Shown here one piece after another: positions 7,871 to 16,633 of a stretch of 20,000 nucleotides of DNA (positions are counted from its first letter, which is position 1; the number at the start of each line of letters is the position of its first letter). The notes under the pieces were generated by a model, which was not told the DNA's origin, did no database searches, and saw only the letters and a program-made list of their open reading frames with translations. Source of the stretch: Planctomycetota bacterium (GTDB lineage Bacteria > Planctomycetota > Planctomycetia > JALXBF01). The stretch covers positions 56,301 to 76,300 of the forward strand of contig JALXBF010000036.1 in the NCBI GenBank assembly GCA_026991575.1, given 5' to 3'. Made by a program: the position numbers and the translations under genes.

Positions 7871-9421
7871 TCAGAAGTCGTTGGTGCGGCGGAGCACCAG
7901 CAGGTCGGCCCCCTCATAGACGACCCGCCAGCCTCCCGCCCCAGCCCGCGCCCGACGTAACCACCGGACAAACCTCAACCACTCTTCCCGCCGCCGGACC
8001 CCTGTGCTGCCGGCAGTCCGCCGCAGCGACTGCCAGACAGCCTCGGCGACTCTTGGCACCGGACCGTCTAGCAGGAACAACTTCTTCTCCACCACCAGCC
8101 AGCGGGCGTTCCTGGCCACGGCCAGCTGGTCCAGCCCTGGGCCCGGCTGGTAGTAGTCGTACAGCACTGTCCGGGGTGATACGTTCAACAGCACCCCCCG
8201 GGCCGCCGTTACCGGCTCCTGCTGCGGAATCCGCTTGAGCAGTTCAACCAACCCTGCCCGGACATCCAACTCGTTATAGCGCGACGGAAATGTCAGCAGA
8301 CCGTCGCGGATGGCACCACGGCGCAGCAGCCCGGGCCCCACCGTGACGATCAGGGCCAGTGCCATCAGCTGCGTGGCCAACAGCGCCAGCGACCAGTGCC
8401 GCCTGGAGGATTCCTGCCACCGCTCCGCAACGCTTGTCACCGCCGCCCAGAGCAACAGCACCAAAGCGGGACAGATGTAGCGTACGTATTGAACAGCCGG
8501 GTGAAGCGAAAAGAGGCCCATGCGCATTGGCGGTAGCAGCAGGAGCAAGCCGAGGGCGACGCAGAGCGGCCTGCGTAGCCCGAGGGCGGCCAGCGGCATG
8601 AAGTACACCAACAGCGCCGGCCACTCGCGACGTAGCGCCGCAGCCACGGCCCCAGGAACCAGCCCGTAGGCTTCGGTCGGATGAGTCGCTGCCCAGAGGT
8701 AGCCGGCCGCCGTCGCCGGCCCGTAGGCAAGCGTCAGGTACAGCACGTGTCCCCAGAACCAGACGATCCCCAGGCCGATGGCGATCGCCCCGACCCGCCA
8801 TGCTCCGCGCACCGGCCACTGCCATAACGCATGGTGCACACCAAGAGCGGCGATCACAATGCAATACGGTTCGCGAATCGTGGCCCAGATGGCCGTGCCC
8901 AGGACGAGTCGGCTTGTCCGCTGCTGTGCGATCCAGTCGGCCACGGCGAGGCCGATCGGGATGCCGAGATACATATAGCGGAAATCGGTGGCACCGACGA
9001 GCCACAGCGGGGGGCATGCGGCGTAGGTCAGAGCGGCAAGTGCGGCGGCCGTCGGGTCGCCGTAGCGGGCGCCGATCCGGTAAGCGGGAATCACTCCCAG
9101 AGCCAAGACGGCGGCTTGCAGGGCGTAGAGCGTCGTGGGGTGCGGGCGCCAGCGATAAAGCGGAACGAGCGCGAAGGTGATCGGCCGTAGGTGGTTCGTA
9201 CGCCAAGCGTCTGGGCCCTCCGTCGCATAGAAGTTCTGCGGTCGCACAGTGACCGGCGCGCGGCCCATGTTCCAGAGCTGCTGGTTGTAATAGGCCATGT
9301 CCAGCGGGCCGGCAACGCGAAAAGTCCTCAGCCGCCAAGAGTTGATGGCAAACGTGCCGGCAGCAAGCACGAGCGCGGCAGCGACGGCAACGGCTCGGCT
9401 TAGCCCGGGGCTTGCGTTCAT
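7871..9421 (-). CDS. DUF2079-like polytopic membrane protein (possible GT-C-fold glycosyltransferase)
   Basis: DMAYYNQQLWN after TM1, NHLRPITFALVPLYRWRPHPTTLYALQA, DF and RE motifs, many TM helices. ATG 9421 overlaps the mqnE stop (ATGA). Confidence 0.78.
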   Translation of the reverse strand: MNASPGLSRAVAVAAALVLAAGTFAINSWRLRTFRVAGPLDMAYYNQQLWNMGRAPVTVRPQNFYATEGPDAWRTNHLRPITFALVPLYRWRPHPTTLYALQAAVLALGVIPAYRIGARYGDPTAAALAALTYAACPPLWLVGATDFRYMYLGIPIGLAVADWIAQQRTSRLVLGTAIWATIREPYCIVIAALGVHHALWQWPVRGAWRVGAIAIGLGIVWFWGHVLYLTLAYGPATAAGYLWAATHPTEAYGLVPGAVAAALRREWPALLVYFMPLAALGLRRPLCVALGLLLLLPPMRMGLFSLHPAVQYVRYICPALVLLLWAAVTSVAERWQESSRRHWSLALLATQLMALALIVTVGPGLLRRGAIRDGLLTFPSRYNELDVRAGLVELLKRIPQQEPVTAARGVLLNVSPRTVLYDYYQPGPGLDQLAVARNARWLVVEKKLFLLDGPVPRVAEAVWQSLRRTAGSTGVRRREEWLRFVRWLRRARAGAGGWRVVYEGADLLVLRRTNDF

Positions 9422-10554
9422 CCGGCTGCCACTACCGGCTCCGTCGCCACCCACCTGCGACCTTCTCGCACCACCCGACGATATAGCGTGTCGCGCTCGA
9501 CCGGGATGCGGCCAGCTTCGCGAATCAGACGACAGATCTCTTCGACGGTCAGTTCCTGAGGGGTCTCAGCGCCGGCGTCATGATAAATCTTCTCGTACAC
9601 GACCGTCCCGTCTAAGTCGTCGGCGCCGTAGGACTGAGCCACCTGCGCAGTGCCGATGCCGAGCATGACCCAGTACGCTTTGATGTGGGGGAAGTTGTGC
9701 AGCATGAGCCGACTGATGGCGATCGTCTTCAAGTCCATCAGACCGCTGGGGCGCCGCAGGTGGCTGAGTCCGGTGTTGGCCGGATGGAACGCCAGCGGAA
9801 TGAAGGTCTGAAAGCCACCGGTCTCGTCTTGCACCGCTCGCAACCGCAGCAGGTGATCGATACGGTGTTCCGGACGCTCGATGTGGCCATAGAGCATCGT
9901 GGCGTTGGAGCGGATCCCCAGGCTGTGCGCGACCCGGTGCACCTCGAACCACTCCTCCGCGTCCGCCTTGTGCTCACAGATCCTCTCACGAATCTCGGGA
10001 TGGAAGATTTCAGCCCCCCCTCCGGGCAAGCTGCCCAGCCCCGCATCACGCAGGATCTGGAGGATCTCCTCATAAGACAGCCCGGTCAACTGCCGGAACC
10101 AATGGATCTCGACAGCCGTGTACGCTTTAATGTGCAGCTCAGGAGCAGCCTCATGGACCACCCGGATCACGTCCACGTACCAGTCGAACTTCTTCAAATG
10201 GTGCAAGCCACCGACGATGTGGATCTCGGTCGCGCCGCGCTCGTGCGCTTCCGCCGCCCGCTCACGGATCTCCTGGAACGACATCACGTACCCACGCGGG
10301 CTGCGCAGGTCGGCACGAAACGCGCAGAAAACACAGCGGTACACGCAGACGTTGGTGGGGTTCAGGTGGACGTTGATGTTGTAATAGGTGTAATTGCCGT
10401 TGAGCCGCTCGCGCACCAGATTGGCCAACTCGCCAATCGTGTGCACGTCGCGACAGCTGTACAGGAAGACCCCGTCGTCAAAAGACAGCGGCTCACCCGC
10501 CTCGACCTTCTCGCGGATCACCGCCAATCGTTCCGCTTCGCTGTGCACGGCCAC
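9418..10554 (-). CDS. mqnE: Aminofutalosine synthase MqnE (radical SAM)
   Basis: HLNPTNVCVYRCVFCAF (CxxxCxxC), LPGGGAEIF, NATMLYGHIE, FIPLAFHP, HIKAYW, GADDLDGTVVYEKIYHDAGA. GTG start. Confidence 0.92.
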   Translation of the reverse strand: MAVHSEAERLAVIREKVEAGEPLSFDDGVFLYSCRDVHTIGELANLVRERLNGNYTYYNINVHLNPTNVCVYRCVFCAFRADLRSPRGYVMSFQEIRERAAEAHERGATEIHIVGGLHHLKKFDWYVDVIRVVHEAAPELHIKAYTAVEIHWFRQLTGLSYEEILQILRDAGLGSLPGGGAEIFHPEIRERICEHKADAEEWFEVHRVAHSLGIRSNATMLYGHIERPEHRIDHLLRLRAVQDETGGFQTFIPLAFHPANTGLSHLRRPSGLMDLKTIAISRLMLHNFPHIKAYWVMLGIGTAQVAQSYGADDLDGTVVYEKIYHDAGAETPQELTVEEICRLIREAGRIPVERDTLYRRVVREGRRWVATEPVVAAG

Positions 10555-10650
10555 GTTCCCCGTCGTCGGCAGCTAGACTAAGGAGAGCACAGTGGTCCAA
10601 TTCTATCCGCAGATGGCCGGTGAACGTGGAACCGCTCGGGTGCGACGTCC

Positions 10651-11583
10651 ATGAAGCGAATCGTCTCGATGTTACCAGCCGCAACGGAGATTGTCTGGGC
10701 ACTGGGCCGGGTAGACTGGCTGGTCGCGGTCAGCCACGACTGCTCCTATCCGCCACAGGTGCGTGATCTGCCGTGGGTGACGCGGTGCACGTTCGAGACG
10801 GAGGGAATGAGCTCGCGCCAGATTGACCAGACCGTGCGTCACCTGATGCGCGAGGGCAAGCCGTTGTTTGTCGTGGACCGAGCCGTCCTGCGCACCGCCC
10901 AGCCCGACGTGATCATCACCCAGAAGCTCTGCGACGTCTGCGCCGTCTCGCCCACGGAGGTGCAGCGCGCACTGCGCGACGTTGCGCTCCAAGCGGAAGT
11001 GCTTGAGCTTGGACCGCAGTCGCTCAGCGATGTCCTGGGCGATGTGCTCCGCGTGGCTGAAGCAATCGGCGAGCTGGACCGCGGCCGAGCGGTTCACCGG
11101 GCACTGTGCCAGCGGTTGGACCGCGTGCGCGCCAGCAGTGGCCGAAAGGGTAGCCCCCGCAAGCGAGTCGTTGTCCTGGAATGGCTCGATCCCCCCTACT
11201 GCTGCGGCCACTGGATCCCGGAACTCGTCGAACTGGCCGGAGGCGACGAGTTACTCGGCGTACGCGACGGTGACTCGCACCCGATCTCCTGGGATGAACT
11301 CCGCGCCGCGGACCCGGATGTCGTCGTGGTTGCCTGTTGCGGGTACTCAAAGGAACGAGCCCACGCGGATGCGTGCAAACCACATGTGCTGGACGCCTTC
11401 CGGAAGCTCCGCGCGTTTCACGCCGGGCAAGTCTGGCTGAGCGACGGTACGGGGCTGTTCACATGCCCCGGGCCACGCGTCGTCGACACATGCGAGCTGC
11501 TCCAGCAGATCCTCCACCACAGCCCGGCCGACCCTCTGCCACCAAACTGTCTCCGCCTTGCCCCGGACCAACTGGCCGTCTAA
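10651..11583 (+). CDS. BtuF/TroA-like (cobalamin/metal-binding fold) protein without signal peptide
   Basis: RIVSMLPAATEIVWALG, VSHDCSYP, PDVIITQKLCDVCAV, EWLDPPYCCGHWIPE, PGPRVVD. Confidence 0.85.
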   Translation: MKRIVSMLPAATEIVWALGRVDWLVAVSHDCSYPPQVRDLPWVTRCTFETEGMSSRQIDQTVRHLMREGKPLFVVDRAVLRTAQPDVIITQKLCDVCAVSPTEVQRALRDVALQAEVLELGPQSLSDVLGDVLRVAEAIGELDRGRAVHRALCQRLDRVRASSGRKGSPRKRVVVLEWLDPPYCCGHWIPELVELAGGDELLGVRDGDSHPISWDELRAADPDVVVVACCGYSKERAHADACKPHVLDAFRKLRAFHAGQVWLSDGTGLFTCPGPRVVDTCELLQQILHHSPADPLPPNCLRLAPDQLAV

Positions 11584-12028
11584 TTGGACCGTGCACCGCT
11601 GGACAGGTTCTTCGATCAACCTGGCATGTTGACGAGGGTTAGGTTGACCAGAACGTTGGGCGCGATCGAGGAGGGAAGCAGGGCAATCCCTCGGTGTGCC
11701 TTGTCAAGACAGCGCGTGCCCTGACCAGGCGCTGCCGAGCTCTTGGCCGATGCCGGCACGTCACGGTCGTCCTGGGGCAGTTCAGCCGGGCGCGCCATCC
11801 AAACATCGCTCCGAACGTCCACCGTGCATGCCGGCATGCTGCGGAATCTCCCTCCTCTACCGGGCCCCACACTGCTGCGATCGCGGCTTCCCCCTGCGGG
11901 CTCATCTGTACCATAGGCATCTGCCGATGATGAGCCGGGACCCACCGGTTCTCCGTCCCCTCCTCAGCCGTAGGCCCTGAGTCGGTTGCGGAAGAGCGCC
12001 ATCGCGGAGGGCATCCGGTCGGGTCCGG

Positions 12029-12056
12029 TTGACACATAATGATGGTTTGATATGAT
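12029..12056 (+). promoter_or_regulatory. Near-consensus sigma70 promoter upstream of DUF1501 gene
   Basis: TTGACA-N16-TATGAT, with TG at the extended -10 position (TGaTATGAT). Confidence 0.65.
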
Positions 12057-12193
12057 GGGTGTGCTGCGGCATGCTGCCCGGTGAGCCGTGTCGGCGGGGT
12101 GGCCGCAGCTGGCGTGCGGACCGCGGGCGGTGGTCCCGCATCTGGTCGACTCGGTGCTCAGAAGCCTGGCGTTCCAGCCACGAGGCGAGAGCG

Positions 12194-13537
12194 ATGCTGA
12201 CGATCCTTGGCAAGCCCTATCGCAGTTTCTGCGACGGAATGACCCGCCGTAATTTCCTCCGCATCGGCGGGCTGGCCATGGGGGGCCTGAGCCTGCCGCA
12301 GATCCTCCGTGCCGAAGCCGCCAACGGAATTCGCAGTTCGCACAAGGCCATCATCATGATCTATCTGCCCGGCGGCCCACCCCACCAGGACATGTGGGAA
12401 ATCAAGACGGAGGCTCCGTCGGAGATCCGCGGTGAGTTTCGGCCGATTCAGACCAACGTGCCGGGCATCCAGATCTGCGAACTGTTCCCGCGGCTTGCCT
12501 CGATGATGGACAAGCTTGTGGTGATCCGGACCATTGTGGGTTGTGTGGATCGGCACGAATCCCACATGTGCCTTAGCGGTTACCCGTCGGTCGGTGGCAA
12601 CCAGCCCCCCGGTGGCCGGCCGTGTGTCGGTTCGGTGCTGGCGAAGCTTTTCGGACCGGTCGACCGTTCGGTCCCGCCGTTTGTCGGGCTAGCTCCTCCG
12701 ATGGGCCACATGCCCTGGGCGAATCCGGGCGAGCCGGGTTTCCTGGGTCCGGCCTATGCTCCGTTCCGGCCGCAGGGACCGGGCATGGCAGACATGCGGC
12801 TGAACGGCATCACTTTGGAGCGGCTCTCTGATCGCAAGCGTCTGCTGACGGCGCTGGACCGGTTTCGGCGCGAATGCGACGCGGATGGTTCCATTGAGGG
12901 CATGGATGCGTACACGAAGCAGGCCTTCGAGGTGCTCACGTCGAGCAAGCTGGTGAAGGCGTTGGACGTGGAGCTGGAAGACCCGAAAGTGCGTGATCGC
13001 TATGGTCGCGGGTCGGCTCGGAAGATGGCCGATGGTGGTCCGAGGCTGCTGGATCAGTTCCTCGTGGCTCGACGGCTGGTCGAGGCGGGTGTCCGCTGTG
13101 TGACGCTAGCGTTCAGCCGTTGGGACTGGCATGGGAACAACTTCCGTCGGGCGCGCGAGGACATGCCGATGTTGGACCAGGGCGTCTCGGCGCTGGTCGA
13201 GGACCTTGACAGCCGCGGCATGCTCGATGATGTGACCGTCATTGTCTGGGGCGAGTTTGGACGCACGCCGCGCATCAACAAGAACGCCGGCCGTGACCAC
13301 TGGCCTGCAGTAAGCTGTTGTCTGATGGCCGGTGGCGGCATGCGTACCGGCCAGGCCATCGGGCGCACGAACCGCTTGGGCGAGGTGCCTCAGGAGCGGC
13401 CGGTCCATGTGCACGAGGTCTTCTCCACGCTTTACCACAACCTCGGCATCGACGTCACCACGACGACGATCCCCGATCAGGCGGGTCGACCGCAGTATCT
13501 GGTCGACATCCGTAAGCCGATCGAAGAACTCATCTGA
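12194..13537 (+). CDS. DUF1501 family protein
   Basis: [15 protein letters not shown] leader, [48 protein letters not shown] 12194 has GAGG upstream and is preferred over 12059. Confidence 0.92.
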   Translation: MLTILGKPYRSFCDGMTRRNFLRIGGLAMGGLSLPQILRAEAANGIRSSHKAIIMIYLPGGPPHQDMWEIKTEAPSEIRGEFRPIQTNVPGIQICELFPRLASMMDKLVVIRTIVGCVDRHESHMCLSGYPSVGGNQPPGGRPCVGSVLAKLFGPVDRSVPPFVGLAPPMGHMPWANPGEPGFLGPAYAPFRPQGPGMADMRLNGITLERLSDRKRLLTALDRFRRECDADGSIEGMDAYTKQAFEVLTSSKLVKALDVELEDPKVRDRYGRGSARKMADGGPRLLDQFLVARRLVEAGVRCVTLAFSRWDWHGNNFRRAREDMPMLDQGVSALVEDLDSRGMLDDVTVIVWGEFGRTPRINKNAGRDHWPAVSCCLMAGGGMRTGQAIGRTNRLGEVPQERPVHVHEVFSTLYHNLGIDVTTTTIPDQAGRPQYLVDIRKPIEELI

Positions 13538-13553
13538 TCCTGAAAACGGCCAT

Positions 13554-14957
13554 CTGTCCTGGACACAGGGCCATGCTCCGCTGGCCCTGTGTCTATTGCT
13601 TTTCGGGTTGCTTGGCAGCCAGGTCGCGGGCACCGAGGAGCACAGCCCGAACTTCATCCTGATCCTGTGCGATAACCTTGGCTATGGTGACATTGGTCCG
13701 TTCGGCTCCACGCTCCACCGCACCCCCAACCTTGATCGGATGGCGGCCGAAGGCAGGCGGTTTACGCACTTCTATGCCGCTTCAGGGGTTTGCACCCCGA
13801 GTCGAGCGGCGTTGATGACTGGTCAGTACCCGTGTCGTGTCGGGCTGGCGTGCACACCGCGCGACGGTCTGGTATTGCGGCCGCTATCGCCTTACGGGCT
13901 TGCGCCCGAGACGGTCTCGCTGGCCGATCTGGTCAAGTCGGCCGGCTACCGCACGGGGCTGTTGGGCAAATGGCATCTGGGAGATCGCCCCGAGTTCTTG
14001 CCACCACGGCACGGTTTTGATGAGTACCTGGGAATCCCGTACAGTGACGACATGACCCAAGCGGTCGGTCGTCGACTGGGCAAGAAGTACGACGGCTATC
14101 GATGGCCCCCGCTGCCGCTGATCCGAAACGATCGGGTTATCGAAGCCCCCGTCGATCTGAGCCGCCTGACTGCTCGCCTCACCGACGAGGCCCTCTCCTT
14201 TATCCGCCGCCACCGCAGGGAACCGTTCCTGCTCATACTTAGCCACATCCTGCCGGGCAGCCGGCGGCGACCCGAGGTCGGGGCCCGTTTTCGCGGCGTG
14301 AGCCGCAACGGTCCGTGGGGGGATGCTGTGGAAGAGATCGACTGGTCCACGGGACAGATTCTGGCCCTTGTCCGCGAGCTCGGTCTTGCCCGCCGTACGC
14401 TCGTGCTGTTTACCTCCGACAACGGCGCCCCCACAACGGGACGGCCCGGCGATCCCTCGCGCGGGTCGAACGGACTGCTGGAGGGGCGCGGGTACACGAC
14501 CGCCGAAGCAGGTCAGCGCGTGCCGCTCATCGCATGGTGGCCCGGGACTGTTCCCGCTGGCACGAGCTGCGATGAGTTGTGCACGATGATGGACCTATTG
14601 CCTACGTTTGCTCGGCTGGCCGGAGCCCCCCTTCCGCAGAACGTTCCGATCGATGGTCATGACATGACAGCGTTGCTGCGGGGCGAGGCTCGCGCCCGCA
14701 CCGCGTACAAAGCGTTTTACTACTACCACGGTAATCAGCTGCAGGCGGTCCGATCCGGAAGGTATAAGCTCTACGTGCCGCTGGAGACGTGGCGCGCTCA
14801 CCCCCAGTTTCGCCCCGGCCGGCCGACCGGACCACTGCTGTTCGATGTGGTTGCTGATCCGGGCTGCCGGCAGGAGCTTAGCAGGAAGCATCCCGACGTG
14901 GTTCAGCGGCTGCTGAGACTCGCCCGCGACGCCCCGTGCTCTGGGTCCGCGCGGTAA
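13554..14957 (+). CDS. Formylglycine-dependent (S1) sulfatase-family protein; start uncertain
   Basis: PNFILILCDNLGYGD, CTPSRAALMTG (CxPxR), GKWHLG, FTSDNG, RVPLIAWWPG. No in-frame ATG/GTG between the DUF1501 stop and the domain; CTG 13554 is given as a nominal start. Confidence 0.85.
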   Translation: MSWTQGHAPLALCLLLFGLLGSQVAGTEEHSPNFILILCDNLGYGDIGPFGSTLHRTPNLDRMAAEGRRFTHFYAASGVCTPSRAALMTGQYPCRVGLACTPRDGLVLRPLSPYGLAPETVSLADLVKSAGYRTGLLGKWHLGDRPEFLPPRHGFDEYLGIPYSDDMTQAVGRRLGKKYDGYRWPPLPLIRNDRVIEAPVDLSRLTARLTDEALSFIRRHRREPFLLILSHILPGSRRRPEVGARFRGVSRNGPWGDAVEEIDWSTGQILALVRELGLARRTLVLFTSDNGAPTTGRPGDPSRGSNGLLEGRGYTTAEAGQRVPLIAWWPGTVPAGTSCDELCTMMDLLPTFARLAGAPLPQNVPIDGHDMTALLRGEARARTAYKAFYYYHGNQLQAVRSGRYKLYVPLETWRAHPQFRPGRPTGPLLFDVVADPGCRQELSRKHPDVVQRLLRLARDAPCSGSAR

Positions 14958-15037
14958 GCATCCTTTCCACGGGAGCGACTTAGTCACCGGCGATTCCCAC
15001 CGGCCCCGCATCGGCCACGCCCAGGGCGCGGGTTCGG

Positions 15038-15067
15038 CCGGGATGCCGATCAGCGATGCCATCCCGG
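15038..15067. terminator. Possible stem-loop between convergent sulfatase and glyQS
   Basis: CCGGGATG-N14-CATCCCGG perfect 8-bp inverted repeat; no U-tract. Confidence 0.25.
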
Positions 15068-15106
15068 GACCTGCCCCAGCAGGGACAGTTGCGCCGGCTA
15101 CTCTGC

Positions 15107-16582
15107 TTACCGGGCCTCAAGCCGACGAGCGATCTCTGCCTCCACGTCGTCGATCCTCACACGCACCTGCTGGCACGTGTCCCGATCGCGAATGGTCACG
15201 GTCTGGTCTTGCAGCGTTTGCCCGTCGATCGTCACGCAGAAAGGCGTGCCCACTTCGTCCTGCCGGCGGTACCGTCGGCCAATGGCACCTTTCTCGTCGT
15301 AGAAGCAGACCCATCGCTTCTTGAGTGCTCGGTACAGGTCTCGGGCAATCTCCGGCATCCTGTCCTTCTTGACCAGCGGGAAGACGGCAACTTTGATCGG
15401 TGCGAGCCTCGGATGGAACTTCATCACGACCCTCTTCTGGGGCACCCCCTTTTCGTCGGGCACTTCGTCCTCGGTGTACGCCTCGCAGATGAAGGCCAGG
15501 GTTGCCCGGTCTGCCCCAGCGGACGGTTCGATGACATGCGGCACGAACCGTTCGCGCGTCTCGTCATCGAAGTAGGTCAGGTCCTTACCGCTACCGGGGT
15601 ACTTGGGGCGGCCGTCCGGCAAACGGTCCAGCTCGAAGTGGTCGCCGACGCGGATCAGTTTCCCCTCCATGTGGCTTCTCAGGTCGAAGTCGCCGCGGTG
15701 AGCCACACCTTCCAGCTCCCCGAAATCGCCCTCCGGCAGGAACGGGAACGCGTACTCGATGTCCGCCGTTCCGCAGCTGTAATGGCTCAGCTCTTCCGGG
15801 CCGTGTTCACGCAGGCGTAGCCGGTCGCTGCGAAGTCCCAGCGACACGTACCACTGCAGCCGTCGGTTCCGCCAGTATTCGTACCAGGCACGCGATTCGT
15901 TCGGGTGGCAGAAGAACTCGATCTCCATCTGCTCGAACTCTCGGCTGCGGAACGTGAAGTAGCGCGGCGTGATCTCATTGCGGAAGCTCTTGCCGATCTG
16001 GCCCACGCCGAACGGCAGCTTGACGCGGGTGGTATCGAGCACGTTCTTGAAATTGACAAAGATGCCCTGGGCCGTCTCGGGCCGGAGGTAGGCTTCCGAG
16101 GACGGGTCGAACAGGGCACCGACGTAGGTTTTGAACATTAGGTTGAATTCACGGGGCTCGGTCAGGTCGCACTTGTCGTGTTCGCCCGGCCGCTTGGACG
16201 GCTTCAACGGGCATTGTTCTGTCTCCAGGTGATCGGCTCGGAAACGGGCCTTGCACGTGCGGCAGTCGACCATCATGTCGTGGAACAGGTCGTAGTGACC
16301 GCTGCACTTCCAGACCTGAGGGTGCATGATGATGGCCGTGTCCAGGCCGACCATGGCGTATGGGCGGGGTGCTCCGGGCGGTGCGGTTGTGTCATCGTGC
16401 GAGGTGATCATGTCGTACCACCAGGCGTCCTTGATGTTGCGTTTGAGCTCAACGCCCAGGGGACCGTAGTCCCAGAACCCACCGATTCCGCCGTAGATCT
16501 CGCTAGACTGGAAGATGAACCCGCGCCGCTTGCACAGCGACACGATCCGCTCCATCAGGTTGGTCTTTTCGCCTTTGGCCAT
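15107..16582 (-). CDS. glyQS: Glycine--tRNA ligase, homodimeric (alpha2) type
   Basis: KRRGFIFQSSEIYGG, DYGPLG, YLRPETAQGIFVNF, GKSFRNEITP, REFEQME, PHVIEPSAG, IGRRYRRQDEVGTPFCVTID. Confidence 0.97.
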   Translation of the reverse strand: MAKGEKTNLMERIVSLCKRRGFIFQSSEIYGGIGGFWDYGPLGVELKRNIKDAWWYDMITSHDDTTAPPGAPRPYAMVGLDTAIIMHPQVWKCSGHYDLFHDMMVDCRTCKARFRADHLETEQCPLKPSKRPGEHDKCDLTEPREFNLMFKTYVGALFDPSSEAYLRPETAQGIFVNFKNVLDTTRVKLPFGVGQIGKSFRNEITPRYFTFRSREFEQMEIEFFCHPNESRAWYEYWRNRRLQWYVSLGLRSDRLRLREHGPEELSHYSCGTADIEYAFPFLPEGDFGELEGVAHRGDFDLRSHMEGKLIRVGDHFELDRLPDGRPKYPGSGKDLTYFDDETRERFVPHVIEPSAGADRATLAFICEAYTEDEVPDEKGVPQKRVVMKFHPRLAPIKVAVFPLVKKDRMPEIARDLYRALKKRWVCFYDEKGAIGRRYRRQDEVGTPFCVTIDGQTLQDQTVTIRDRDTCQQVRVRIDDVEAEIARRLEAR

Positions 16583-16633
16583 GGCCTGCGCTTCGCTCCC
16601 GATCGAATGTCGAACGGTCTCGTTTGGCTAAGT

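Noticed and set aside
8274..9338. 354-aa minus-strand ORF
   Set aside because: Alternative frame inside the DUF2079 gene; Arg/Pro/Ala-rich with no domain features.
9418..10554. MqnC or CofH assignment
   Set aside because: HIKAYW and DGTVxxEKIYHxAG motifs fit MqnE better.
10555..10650. Cobalamin riboswitch upstream of the BtuF-like gene
   Set aside because: Only 96 bp of intergenic space and no recognisable B12-box.
13332..13553. N-terminal extension of the sulfatase in the ORF track
   Set aside because: Overlaps the DUF1501 3' end by about 200 nt and reads as off-frame Ser/Arg-rich sequence.
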